Below the pieces are notes generated by a model. It was not told where the DNA came from, searched no databases, and worked only from the letters and a program-made list of their open reading frames with translations. This document shows, piece by piece, positions 1 to 9,453 of a stretch of 64,000 nucleotides of DNA. The position numbers were made by a program, and so were the translations under genes. The first letter of the stretch is position 1. Every line of letters starts with the position of its first letter. Origin of the DNA: Candidatus Poribacteria bacterium (GTDB taxonomy: Bacteria > Poribacteria > WGA-4E > PCPOR2b); assembly GCA_965116925.1 (NCBI GenBank), contig OZ220744.1, forward strand, positions 3,744,001 through 3,808,000. Reading direction: 5' to 3'.

Positions 1-209
1 CAAGCCAAACTGACTTTGTTTTATATGTTCTAAAGTTTGTGCAATTCAGGGTACAGGTGATTGATTGAAACCGCTTTTGGTGATGTTAATCAGTGCTAAG
101 GAATCGTTTTCACTTGACTTTGTAGTATGTTCGAGGAAAGTACTTAATCAAAATTTGGGAAAACGCGGTACATTACGTCTAGTGACAGACTTTTGTTAGG
201 AGCAAAAAA

Positions 210-1613
210 ATGAGCGAAAGACCACTTCACTTCAAAACGATTACTGATGTATCCGAACTAATAAGAGCGAAACATATATCGCCTGTGGAGATTACTACTG
301 CAATACTGGAGCGCATTGACCAACTGGATAGCAGCCTCAAAAGCTACGCCACCGTCATGGCAGACCACGCGATGGTGGCAGCTCAGAAGGCTGAGGCAGA
401 AATCACATCTGGCACGTATCGGGGCCCACTCCATGGAGTACCGATAGCCGTGAAGGATCTGTGTTTCACCAAGGGTGTCCACACGATGGGAGGAACACAG
501 GCACTCGCCGAGCATATTCCTGACTTCGATTCTACCGTTGTTGCAAAATTAGAATCGGCTGGAGCCGTGCTGCTCGGCAAGCTTAATCTTACGGAAGGCG
601 CGATGGGTGGCTACAATCCCAAATTCCAGATTCCCATCAACCCGTGGAACGCTGAACGATTCGCGGGTGCCTCATCCAGTGGATCCGGGGTTGCGACAGC
701 GGCGGGGTTGTGCTACGGTTCTCTTGGTAGCGATACCGGTGGTTCGATTCGCTTCCCTGCCGCAGCGTGTGGCACGGTTGGTCTCAAACCCACATGGGGG
801 CGAGTCAGTCGCTATGGCGTATTGGCTTTGGCGGAATCACTCGACCATGTTGGACCCCTGACGCGAAGCAGTGCCGACGCAGGTATCGTGCTTGAAGCCA
901 TCTCCGGTTTCGATCCCAAGGATCCCACGTCCCTGCCTGCCCCCGTGCCCAACATGCTCGAAGGCATAGACAAGGGTGTGGAAGGTGTTCGTATCGGATT
1001 GGATTTGCAATATGCTACCAAAGACATCGACCCTGAGCTCGCAGAGGCGGTGCTAGCTGGCGTAAAGGTTCTGGAAGATTTGGGGGCTGAGATTGTCGAG
1101 GTGGAGCTGCCGGATATAGACCCATACGTGGCTGCGTGGCCGACGCTGTGTTCCGCCGAAGCGGTTGCCGCCCATGAAGCAACCTACCCCTCCCGAAGAG
1201 ACGACTACGGTCCTTGGTTCCGTGGCTGGCTTGATAAGGGGGCAAAGGTGACAGGGGCGGAATATGCCAAAGCCAACAACTTGCGCGCTGCCTGTACAGG
1301 GCATCTTCGCCGTGTGTTTGAGGAGATTGATGTGCTCGTCTGCCCTTCAACGTCCGCACCGCCACGCCCGGTCACGCCAGAAGAGTTATACGGTCCGATG
1401 CCAGAAAGCCGCGAGCCGAAATTCCAACGGTTCACCGCGCCGTTCGATTTCAACGGGGCACCAACACTGTCCGTGCCGTGTGGCTTCAACAGCGAAGGGC
1501 TTCCGCTAAGCATTCAGTGGGTGGGCAAGCACCTATCAGAACCGCTGTTGTGTCGGGTTGGTCACGCCTACGAAGGGGCAACCGAGTGGCACAATCAGCA
1601 TCCGGCTGTTTAA
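210..1613 (+). CDS. Amidase signature family protein
   Basis: PLHGVPIAVKDL, GASSSGSG and GSDTGGSIRFPAA motifs; AGGAG RBS upstream. Confidence 0.9.
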   Translation: MSERPLHFKTITDVSELIRAKHISPVEITTAILERIDQLDSSLKSYATVMADHAMVAAQKAEAEITSGTYRGPLHGVPIAVKDLCFTKGVHTMGGTQALAEHIPDFDSTVVAKLESAGAVLLGKLNLTEGAMGGYNPKFQIPINPWNAERFAGASSSGSGVATAAGLCYGSLGSDTGGSIRFPAAACGTVGLKPTWGRVSRYGVLALAESLDHVGPLTRSSADAGIVLEAISGFDPKDPTSLPAPVPNMLEGIDKGVEGVRIGLDLQYATKDIDPELAEAVLAGVKVLEDLGAEIVEVELPDIDPYVAAWPTLCSAEAVAAHEATYPSRRDDYGPWFRGWLDKGAKVTGAEYAKANNLRAACTGHLRRVFEEIDVLVCPSTSAPPRPVTPEELYGPMPESREPKFQRFTAPFDFNGAPTLSVPCGFNSEGLPLSIQWVGKHLSEPLLCRVGHAYEGATEWHNQHPAV

Positions 1614-1736
1614 GAATCAGCAACAGAAACCGTAGGGGCGGGGTTCCCCCGCCCCGATTTATCAGGGTTGGGTGACCCAACCCCTACAAAAACCCGGTTT
1701 CTCTTCGTGCTTTGCACTTTCTTTTTACATGAGCCC
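1604..1736 (-). repeat. MITE family A (GGCTCATG ends, one degenerate) with GTAG-type REP hairpins
   Basis: TTTTACATGAGCCC end, GTAGGGGCGGGG..CCCCGCCC and GGGTTGGGTGACCCAACCCCTAC, matching copies at 7781 and 13215 in reverse. Confidence 0.75.
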
Positions 1737-1739
1737 AAT

Positions 1740-2948
1740 TCAAAGCCAATGCGCGAAGGGCCACAGTGTGGCTGACCGGCTAAAAGAGGTGTCCAGAAGC
1801 ATTTCGGTCTCCTCAATCGGATCGTGTCCGTATCGTCGGACAAACTCCGCCTCGATCTGACCCTCTAACTCGGTTGGACTATCCAAGGGCAGTGTCATCC
1901 AAGCGTTTCCCAGACGCGCACTTTCGCGGATAGCAAGGCAGATCTCCCAATCATGTAGTGCGTTTTCGGCACCGTACTGCGGTGTCCCTCCCTGTGTAAT
2001 TGCACGGTGAAAACTGACAAGGATACTCGCCTTCGCAACGTCATCCGGCGAGCCGATGCGATACGATTTGAAGGGATTTTCCCAAACCATCGGCGGGGCG
2101 GTGTCCACCCGGACCGCCTCAAGTATACGTTCTCCATCTATTTCAGTATACTGCTCTATAATATCGTAGGGTTGTGCTTCTCCGTACAACGTGAGCCGGT
2201 TTCGATCGAAGTGCCCCTTTGTGCCCTCGACCTGCCAGCCCGTTGAAAAGGTCTGTTCCCGCAACGGAAAGGCGCGCGGCGGCTTCTCGAACAGGCAGCT
2301 CACACCGTTATCAAACTCAATCACCGCCTGTTCCCATTTTATCGTTGATTCCGGTTCTCCACCGTAGGCAATATACGGTTCAGTTTCCACCTCTCCGCAG
2401 TAGCCGAGAACGCGAGTTGCCCTTGCCCCCAACAGAGACCGGACTCCGTTGAAACCGTGATACTGTCCGGTCAGATACCATAGCCGGGCATGGGTAAGTT
2501 TACCGATACCTCCCGCTTCAATAATCTGTCGCTTGAGACGCTCTGCGGGCCAGAGCCAGACCTGCTCTCCCACCTCCCACAGTACCCCTGCTGACCGGCA
2601 CGTTTCGGCAATTGCTGCGGCGTAGCGTCGTGTCAACGCTACTGGTATTTCTGTGATAATATGTGCGCCGTGCCGCGCTGCGGTAAGGGCAATGACGATA
2701 TGAGAATCCTTTGGTGCCAAGCTGAGTATGACATCTGGCTGCTCTGCATCAAAAAGCGCAGCCACACTTTCGTAGCAGGCTTGGACCTTGTATTGAGTCG
2801 CTACCTCCTGAAGCACTTGGGGATTGCGGTCGCAGATGGCGGCGAGTTCGTAGTGATCGGTCAGGCGTGTGATTGTTTCTATGTACTGACGAGCGCGAGA
2901 GCCGCGGTCAGCTCCTACCCCGATGACAGCAATGCGAAGTTTGGACAT
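1740..2948 (-). CDS. Gfo/Idh/MocA family oxidoreductase
   Basis: N-terminal LRIAVIGVG Rossmann fold; HIITEIPVA (EKP-like) motif. Confidence 0.8.
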   Translation of the reverse strand: MSKLRIAVIGVGADRGSRARQYIETITRLTDHYELAAICDRNPQVLQEVATQYKVQACYESVAALFDAEQPDVILSLAPKDSHIVIALTAARHGAHIITEIPVALTRRYAAAIAETCRSAGVLWEVGEQVWLWPAERLKRQIIEAGGIGKLTHARLWYLTGQYHGFNGVRSLLGARATRVLGYCGEVETEPYIAYGGEPESTIKWEQAVIEFDNGVSCLFEKPPRAFPLREQTFSTGWQVEGTKGHFDRNRLTLYGEAQPYDIIEQYTEIDGERILEAVRVDTAPPMVWENPFKSYRIGSPDDVAKASILVSFHRAITQGGTPQYGAENALHDWEICLAIRESARLGNAWMTLPLDSPTELEGQIEAEFVRRYGHDPIEETEMLLDTSFSRSATLWPFAHWL

Positions 2949-2983
2949 GATCGTTTTTTACCTCAGCCTATTGACCAATGGTG

Positions 2984-3200
2984 CTAGTACTCAGTCATAT
3001 AATTTTTGGAATTATTATATATGTTATCGTTTGCTTTCAATCAGGGCTCATGTAGAAAGTGCAAAGCACGAAAATAAATTGTAGGGGCGGGGTCTCCCCG
3101 CCCTTATTTGCCAGTGCGGGGGTCGGGTCACCCGACCCCTACGAAGTATTATGAGTCTCGATCCATATAGACAATCATAATTTGCCTGACAGTGTACTAG
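2984..3200. mobile_element. MITE family B (CTAG-flanked) containing a nested family A left end and REP hairpins
   Basis: CTAG-TACTCAGTCA...TGACAGTGTA-CTAG; right part nearly identical to 8731-8811; GGGCTCATGTA begins at 3044. Confidence 0.75.
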
Positions 3201-3539
3201 TTTGCAGCTGTTAATAACGTGATACGTGAAAATCATTGGTTTATCAGTTCATTTAGCCCTAGCGGGGCGACATGTGTATCCGAAGGGTGGAACGTAAGAA
3301 GAATGAATGAACCAACCGTTTCAACGAGGCTGCAGATTCCAAATCACTGTATCATATACCTGGAGGGCGGGTCAAGTACGAAACGCTGACGCTCCTTCGG
3401 GTAGTGCACCATCCTTTCCCGCCGATGGTAGATTTAACCTTGACGCTCTTCATGGTGCGTGATATATTTTTGTTGATTGTCGTCATACCGATTTTTAAGC
3501 TATCCGGTGGCACCCGGTGGAATAGTTGAAGGCATGGGA

Positions 3540-4544
3540 ATGAGTCGATTAAATCAGGTAATAGAGGGGGCTGTCAGTGAAACGAGTTTTTCAGGCGTGG
3601 TTTTCGTTAAACTCAATGGAAACGTAAAATTTGAAAATGCCTACGGCTATGCGGATAGGAGCAATAAAATTCCGAATACGATCGACACCCGTTTCGGAAT
3701 AGCGTCAGGAACCAAGTTTCTGACTGCACTTGGAATCGGAAAACTGATTGATCGTGGCGAACTCTCTTTAACTTCAAGATTATGTGACTGTGTAAATATT
3801 GATTTTCCCCATATATCAGAAGATGTCACTATCCACCATCTCTTAACCCATACTTCTGGGGTTTACGACTATTACGATGAAGAACTTATTGAGGATGTCG
3901 ATAATTTTCAGTTGGATATCCCCTGTTTTGACTTAAAGGGTCTCAAGGATTACATACCGCTATTTCGTGACGGGAGAATGAAGTTTAGCCCAGGGGAAAG
4001 GTTTTCCTACTCAAACGGAGGGTTTATTCTACTGGGAATCGTCATTGAAGAAATCTCAGGAACCCCCTATATCGACTTTATACAAGAAAATATCTTTGCG
4101 TTATGCGATATGAGGGATTCGGGATTTTTTGCGATGGATCGTTTGCCAGAACGCACGGCTTTCGGATATATTGACGAGGACGACGGATGGAGAACCAACA
4201 TTTTTACCTTACCAATTATCGGATCGTCTGATGCGGGCGCTTTCACAACGGTAAGAGATATGGACAAGTTGTGGAGGGCATTTTTTGACGAAAAAATCCT
4301 TTCTAAACGGTTGACGAACCTATTTTTGGAAAAGGCGGTCAAAGACAAAGATAACAGATTTTACGGTCACGGTGTCTGGATTGACCATGAGGAGGGCGGA
4401 GATCCAGTTCACTTTCTCATGGGTTGGGATGCCGGCGTTTCTTTCAAGAGCACATGCCTTGCGAAGGATACAATTATAACAGTGATCTCTAATACGTCGG
4501 CGGGTGCATGGGCGGTAAACCGTGAAATCATGAAACAGTTATAG
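3540..4544 (+). CDS. Serine hydrolase, beta-lactamase class C-like
   Basis: SxxK (ASGTK), LLTHTSG and YSN motifs; start may be 3534 or 3540. Confidence 0.85.
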   Translation: MSRLNQVIEGAVSETSFSGVVFVKLNGNVKFENAYGYADRSNKIPNTIDTRFGIASGTKFLTALGIGKLIDRGELSLTSRLCDCVNIDFPHISEDVTIHHLLTHTSGVYDYYDEELIEDVDNFQLDIPCFDLKGLKDYIPLFRDGRMKFSPGERFSYSNGGFILLGIVIEEISGTPYIDFIQENIFALCDMRDSGFFAMDRLPERTAFGYIDEDDGWRTNIFTLPIIGSSDAGAFTTVRDMDKLWRAFFDEKILSKRLTNLFLEKAVKDKDNRFYGHGVWIDHEEGGDPVHFLMGWDAGVSFKSTCLAKDTIITVISNTSAGAWAVNREIMKQL

Positions 4545-4577
4545 AAACCGAGTTTTTTCTTGAAAACTCGGTTTCTG
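4544..4577. repeat. Palindrome directly after the stop codon (REP-like or terminator)
   Basis: GAAACCGAGTTTT-TTCTTG-AAAACTCGGTTTC. Confidence 0.6.
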
Positions 4578-4594
4578 TTGCCCGATTTTTTAAT

Positions 4595-5000
4595 ATGAGC
4601 GAAGTTGTTTATCCTGATATAGCACAAGGCACGGAGTTTGCCCGATAGCGGTTATTTTTTGGGAAATACTTCGTATCTCTTGCCAACATAGGAGACGTGG
4701 ATTCTCGGTCTGCTCAACAGCAAAGCCGTTTTCTGGTTTTACACAAAGACAAGTACACAGATTCGAGGCGGGTTTGTGAGATTTATTGCTCAATATGTGT
4801 CTCAAATCCCTATTCCCTCTATTAAGCCCGCGCAGAAAGCATCTATCAGCAAACTTGTCAATCAGATCCTCGCCACCAAACGCACCAACCCAGATGCCGA
4901 TGTATCCGACCTTGAAAATGAGATTGATCAGATAGTATACTTGTTATACGGTCTTACTCCTGAAGAAATTAAAATTGTGGAGGGAGCGGAAAAGGTCTGA
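4595..5000 (+). pseudogene. C-terminal remnant of a type IIG / TaqI-C-like restriction-modification protein
   Basis: VVYPDIAQGTEFA, frameshift near 4643, DSGYFLGNTSYLLPT*ETWILGLLNSK...QIPIP...ENEIDQIVYLLYGLTPEEIKIVE; TAG at 4689-4691. Confidence 0.75.
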
Positions 5001-5084
5001 ATCACGGATTAAACAGATTACACAGATTGCGCGGATTTTTTAATCCGTGTAATCCCTTAATCTCCGGTAATCTGCGATTCTGAC
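4997..5084. repeat. Palindromic GGATT/AATCC repeat with about 9-nt period (family E)
   Basis: TCTGAATCACGGATTAAACAGATT...AATCCGTGTAATCCCTTAATC...GATTCTGACA; related copies near 5887-5995, 6051-6116, 6159-6201 and 8887-8964. Confidence 0.8.
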
Positions 5085-5117
5085 AATAGGAGGCAAACAG
5101 AGTGAAAGGAGAACACC

Positions 5118-5453
5118 ATGCGAAAAGCAGACCTACAACAGCAAGCAGTTAAGTTAATCAAGCAACTCTCGACAGAAAAACTGAAAGCGGGGGTTGACTA
5201 TCTGAACACTCTGCAAGATAAGGAAGTGGAGAAAGCGACACACGAAGTGGCGACCGATTCAGATATCTCTGAGAATTTAGAGCCGACACCGACGGACAAA
5301 AATCCAATTGCACAACGCATCATTGAAGCCGTCGAAAAATCTCAGGAGGTTACCCTAGAAGATGCAGAGATACTGCTTCAGGTAATTAAGGAAAATCAGA
5401 TGCCTGTGCGGTTTGATTCACCATTTGTGACAAACAAGCAGGGAAGTCAATGA
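5118..5453 (+). CDS. Putative antitoxin partner of the PIN toxin
   Basis: Small ORF with AAAGGAG RBS and ATGA overlap with the PIN gene. Confidence 0.6.
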   Translation: MRKADLQQQAVKLIKQLSTEKLKAGVDYLNTLQDKEVEKATHEVATDSDISENLEPTPTDKNPIAQRIIEAVEKSQEVTLEDAEILLQVIKENQMPVRFDSPFVTNKQGSQ

Positions 5454-5869
5454 CAAAGTATCTCTTGGAAACATCAACATGCAGTTATCTTATGGCGAAT
5501 CACACACGGGTCAAAGATCGTCTCACATCCGCTCAAGTTACCGATTATCCCTTCACCTGCCCGATTGTGCGCGGTGAGATCCTGTTTGGTGTCGAACTGT
5601 TGCCTGTTGGACGGAGACGACAATCTTTAGAGAGTCAAGCCAACAATCTGTTTTCTGGACTGATATGCGACCCAATCCCGGAAAACGCAGGCGATTTCTA
5701 CGCAAAGATAAAACGTGCAGCTCAGGAGCTAGGCACCCCGTTAGATGAATGCGATCTCTGGATTGCTGCGACAACACTGGCGTTAGATGCGATTCTGATA
5801 ACTTCTGACAGCGATTTTCATCGGGTCCAGGGATTATTTGGATTACAGTTAGAAGATTGGACGACGTAG
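5450..5869 (+). CDS. PIN-domain VapC-like toxin
   Basis: YLLETS (usually LLDT), GEI, DLWIAATTL and LITSDSDF motifs. Confidence 0.85.
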   Translation: MTKYLLETSTCSYLMANHTRVKDRLTSAQVTDYPFTCPIVRGEILFGVELLPVGRRRQSLESQANNLFSGLICDPIPENAGDFYAKIKRAAQELGTPLDECDLWIAATTLALDAILITSDSDFHRVQGLFGLQLEDWTT

Positions 5870-5886
5870 CAAGAATGGAGGAGTTC

Positions 5887-6201
5887 GCAGATTCAGCGGA
5901 TAAATTGTTGGATTCACAGATTAAACAGATGAATCGGCTATCACGGATTTTTAATCTGTGTAATCTGTTAATCCGCGCCAATCCGCGATTCTGACAGTGA
6001 GAAGATTGTGGAGGCGTATCGGGGCAGGGATGCCTCTCCTACGTCCAGCGGCGCAGATAGTGCAGATATTTTAATCCGTGTAATTCCCTAATCCGCGATA
6101 ATCCACGATTCTGACAGCAAAAAATCGCTATAGTGGAAAAAACCAACCCATTGTCCCAAAATCCTGAGAATCCTTGAATCCAGTAAATCCTGATTCAGAC
6201 A
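5887..6201. repeat. Cluster of three family E repeats plus a REP half-site
   Basis: Repeated AATC...GATTCTGACA units; ATCGGGGCAGGGATGCCTCTCCTAC at about 6018-6042. Confidence 0.7.
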
Positions 6202-6212
6202 GAGGTAAGAGA

Positions 6213-6893
6213 ATGAACAAGCCACTAAAAGGATTCATTACTTACGCACATAAAAATACAGCAGCTAAAGATGAACTAATAGCGCGCCTTTCTGTGATGC
6301 AGCAGCAAAACAGGCTAGTGACTTGGCACGATGCCGAAATGACCGGAGGCACCAAGTGGCGTGAAGATATTTTCAAACACCTTGCTGATTCGGATATACT
6401 TCTCTACCTCGTCTCCGCCACGAGTCTTGCGTCTAAAAACTGCAACAAGGAATTAGCAGAGGCGTTAAACTCCAAGATAAGGGTCATCCCAATAATTCTT
6501 GAGGATTGTGATTGGCTAAATCATCAACTCAGCGACTTTCAAGCTCTTCCTGACAAAGGCAAGCCTATTAACAAGTGGCAACCTGCAAGCGATGGTTGGC
6601 AAAATGTTGTAGACGATATACGAAAAGCCGCTGAAGAAATGCAAGTTCAGGCGGATTCGCTGTCTAAAGCATCTGAAAGAGAGCTCCGCGCTGAATTAGC
6701 ACTCCAACGAGGTAACGTTTTAATGACGCTTGGGCAAACAGACGAGGCTATAGAAGCTTACTCACATGCAATCAAACTCAACCCGAATAGTGCTGCCCCC
6801 TATGACAATCGCGGGGGAACTTACTTCAACAAAGGCGATTTTGACCGGGCCATCGTAGATTTTACCAATGAAGCTAAATTAGTGGCAAATTAA
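6213..6893 (+). CDS. TIR domain + TPR protein, C-terminally truncated
   Basis: GFITYAH...WHD...LLYLVS...SKNCNKEL TIR pattern; second TPR breaks off at DRAIVDFT. Confidence 0.8.
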   Translation: MNKPLKGFITYAHKNTAAKDELIARLSVMQQQNRLVTWHDAEMTGGTKWREDIFKHLADSDILLYLVSATSLASKNCNKELAEALNSKIRVIPIILEDCDWLNHQLSDFQALPDKGKPINKWQPASDGWQNVVDDIRKAAEEMQVQADSLSKASERELRAELALQRGNVLMTLGQTDEAIEAYSHAIKLNPNSAAPYDNRGGTYFNKGDFDRAIVDFTNEAKLVAN

Positions 6894-6981
6894 GGGATTA
6901 CTAAATACGGAGGGGTTATCAAAGCTTCACTTCTTAGTTTGTGATATGCTGATATGAGATCTTGATTGAAAGGGGGACACT

Positions 6982-7665
6982 ATGCGAAAACATCGAGCAG
7001 CTGAACTAATCGAGCAACTTTCGGCAGAAAAGCTAAAAATGCTCATTGCTAAAGGCGATTATGACCGTGCTCTCCAAGACTCTACTAAAGCGATACAACG
7101 CAATCCCGACGATGCCATCGCCTATAACAATCGCGGTGGGGCTTACTACTTAAAAGAGGAGTATGAATCTGCCATCGTAGACTTCACCAAAGCGATACAA
7201 CTTAAACCTGACTATGCCGAAGCCTATAACAATCGTGGTGTTGCGTACCACTTAAAAGAGGAGTATGAGTCCGCCATCGCAGACTATACCCAAGCGATAC
7301 AATTCAAACCTGATTATGCCGTCGCCTATAACAATCGCGGTAGGGCTTACGGGGGCAAAGGTGAAGTTGACGGTTTGACGCTCCGACTGGAATCGCCGAC
7401 TTCTAAGCGTGCCGTAATCCGTGCCATCAAAGATTATAACCCAGCGATAGGGCTGAATCCTGAGCTTGCCCCGGCGTATTACAATCGTGGCGTGGCGTGG
7501 TTACGCCTGAGAGAATGGGAAAGAGCCAAATCAGACCTGACCCTTGCCAGAAACAAGGGAATAAATATCATTACTACGTTTCGTAATGACTACGAAAGCG
7601 TTGAGAGTTTCGAGCGGAGAAATGGTGTTCAGCTACCAGAGGACATCGCCGCCATGTTGCTTTGA
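6982..7665 (+). CDS. TPR repeat protein with antitoxin-like N-terminus (chimera)
   Basis: AYNNRG TPR units encoded by near-identical 102-bp repeats; first ~20 aa resemble ORF 5118. Confidence 0.75.
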   Translation: MRKHRAAELIEQLSAEKLKMLIAKGDYDRALQDSTKAIQRNPDDAIAYNNRGGAYYLKEEYESAIVDFTKAIQLKPDYAEAYNNRGVAYHLKEEYESAIADYTQAIQFKPDYAVAYNNRGRAYGGKGEVDGLTLRLESPTSKRAVIRAIKDYNPAIGLNPELAPAYYNRGVAWLRLREWERAKSDLTLARNKGINIITTFRNDYESVESFERRNGVQLPEDIAAMLL

Positions 7666-7780
7666 ATCTCGATCTTATCGGTGCTAACGCCACCGTAGGC
7701 ATGAATGTCGACAAACCGATAGCGGTGATGGTAATCGAAACTATGGTGAACACCAAAAATAAATAGACATTAAAAGTAGA

Positions 7781-7912
7781 GGCTCATGTAAAAAGAAAGT
7801 GCAAAACACGAAGCGAAATCGTAGGGGCGGGGTCTCCCCGCCCGCCGTAAGGGTTGGGGGACCCAACCCCTACGAATATTCGGTTTCTTTGCACTAAATC
7901 TTAACATGAGCG
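7781..7912 (+). mobile_element. MITE family A with 8-bp target duplication, carrying REP hairpins
   Basis: AAAGTAGA | GGCTCATGTAAAA...TTAACATGAGCG | AAAGTAGA. Confidence 0.85.
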
Positions 7913-8012
7913 AAAGTAGATAGTCTTTTGTACCACGATCTGTTAGATTGTGATTCCACCCCGCAAACTAACAGTTCGTGCTACTTATGGCAGATTACCC
8001 CGCTCAGAGAAT

Positions 8013-8053
8013 TATAGTGAATTCAGTGTTATTTAATTCTGAAATCTACTATA
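8013..8053 (-). mobile_element. Minimal 41-bp MITE family C (ends only)
   Basis: TATAGTGAATTCA...TTAATTCTGAAATCTACTATA, matching the ends of the 40072 and 45337 copies. Confidence 0.65.
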
Positions 8054-8075
8054 AAAATATTTCAAGGGAGGTGCA

Positions 8076-8333
8076 ATGATGACCAAAATTGTTGTCAATC
8101 CAGAAATTCTTGATGGTAAACCGATTATCGAAGGAACTCGCCTTAGTGTCGAGCATGTGTTGGGGTTGCTTGCCAGCGGCATGTCTAAGGCGGATATTAT
8201 CGCAGACTACCCGGAGTTGAACGAAGAAAACATCCAAGCGGTGCGGGCGTATGCTTCAAAGCGTACATATCCTTCGTGGGCAGTCCGCAATGGAGTGATA
8301 ATCGATCTCCCAACCAACCATGATAGAGCTTAA
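8076..8333 (+). CDS. DUF433 antitoxin-like protein
   Basis: NPEILDGKPIIEGTRLSV...YPELNEENIQA. Confidence 0.9.
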   Translation: MMTKIVVNPEILDGKPIIEGTRLSVEHVLGLLASGMSKADIIADYPELNEENIQAVRAYASKRTYPSWAVRNGVIIDLPTNHDRA

Positions 8334-8335
8334 TA

Positions 8336-8791
8336 ATGCTACCCCCGCTTGTCGCTGACATAGATATTGCAGTTTCCGTCATTCAGTTTTTGCGAGCGCG
8401 AGGGGTTGATGTGGTGGCTGGACGCGAAGAAAACTGGAATAGGTATGAAGACCGAGACATCCTGCGTGAAGCACATGCAATGAACCGATTTGTGTTAACG
8501 CACGATTCCGATTTTGGGACGCTGGCAGTTCATGAGGGACAAACCATTACCGGAATCATCCATTTGCGTCCGGGAAATCGTCCGTCTGCGGCGGTAATTG
8601 CTGACTTGCAAGTTCTCCTCAACACAGAGATTGATTGGACACCTCCGCTGATTGTTGTCTGTGAATCCGGTAAACCGCCTCGGCTCCGTCGCCTAGTACT
8701 CTGTCATATAAGTTTTGCATATCAACAAGGGGGTCGGGTGACCCGACCCCTACGAAGTATTATGAGTCTCAATCCATATAGACAAGCATAA
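8336..8791 (+). CDS. DUF5615 PIN-like toxin with MITE-derived C-terminus
   Basis: ADIDI...DRDIL...VLTHDSDFG; follows DUF433. Confidence 0.8.
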   Translation: MLPPLVADIDIAVSVIQFLRARGVDVVAGREENWNRYEDRDILREAHAMNRFVLTHDSDFGTLAVHEGQTITGIIHLRPGNRPSAAVIADLQVLLNTEIDWTPPLIVVCESGKPPRLRRLVLCHISFAYQQGGRVTRPLRSIMSLNPYRQA

Positions 8792-8811
8792 TTTGCCTGA
8801 CAGTGTACTAG
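8693..8811. mobile_element. MITE family B with CTAG duplication inside the DUF5615 gene
   Basis: CTAG-TACTCTGTCA...TGACAGTGTA-CTAG. Confidence 0.85.
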
Positions 8812-8886
8812 CGGCGATAAACGTTTAGCAGCTACAAGTGACTTTGCCCAAGCAACGAATTGGAATTGTAGACTGAGTAGCAATTA

Positions 8887-8964
8887 TCTGAATCATGGAT
8901 TAAACAGATGACGCGGATAGGCAGGTTTTTTAATCCGTGTAATCCGTTAATCCGCGATTCTGAC
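8887..8964. repeat. Family E palindromic repeat
   Basis: TCTGAATCATGGATTAAACAGAT...AATCCGCGATTCTGACA. Confidence 0.75.
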
Positions 8965-9009
8965 AGAGGTAAGAGTTACACACATGGTCAGAAAATAGGT
9001 TATAATAAT

Positions 9010-9131
9010 CAGGACTTACGCAAATTGAACAGAAAATTGGCATATTTTGCTGAAAGGTCGTTATTGGGTTGCATTTAACCCCCTAAATCCCCCTTATCAG
9101 GGGGACTTTAAGAGGCACTGCGTAAGCCCTA
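9010..9131. mobile_element. MITE family D with 6-bp target duplication
   Basis: AATAAT | CAGGACTTACGCA...TGCGTAAGCCCTA | AATAAT; internal CCCCCTTATCAGGGGG hairpin. Confidence 0.8.
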
Positions 9132-9453
9132 AATAATGCAAATTGCTAGACCGTATTGACCTTTCAGTGGCATCTTACTCATAAATCGAGGCGAATATGG
9201 CAGGTCAGCAGACCTTTCACAGGCAACCGCTTTAGCATAGCACACTTATGTAAAACCGCTCAAGTATAGTGGCCATGGGGGTTCTCGGCACACCCGCCAA
9301 TAATGAGTACCCGTATAGGGCATTGAAAATATTTTTTTTCACCTGTCAGTGCCCTGCCAAACCTGTGAATCGTAATGATGTGCAATGTCCATAGTCAGAC
9401 CGCTATCTGGGGTCAACACCTACATCGGTTAATCTAAAAAGGGAAAATGGAAG

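Noticed and set aside
210..1613. gatA assignment
   Set aside because: No gatB or gatC adjacent in the window and no GatA-specific motifs recognised; kept as a general amidase.
3317..3348. GTTTCAACGAGGCTGCAG, resembling a CRISPR repeat start
   Set aside because: One partial copy only.
3540..4577. Integron cassette for the serine hydrolase
   Set aside because: The downstream palindrome lacks attC R boxes and no integrase is present.
9294..9330. Sequence resembling a CRISPR repeat (CCCGTATAGGGCATTGAAA)
   Set aside because: Single copy, no spaced repeats and no cas genes in the window.
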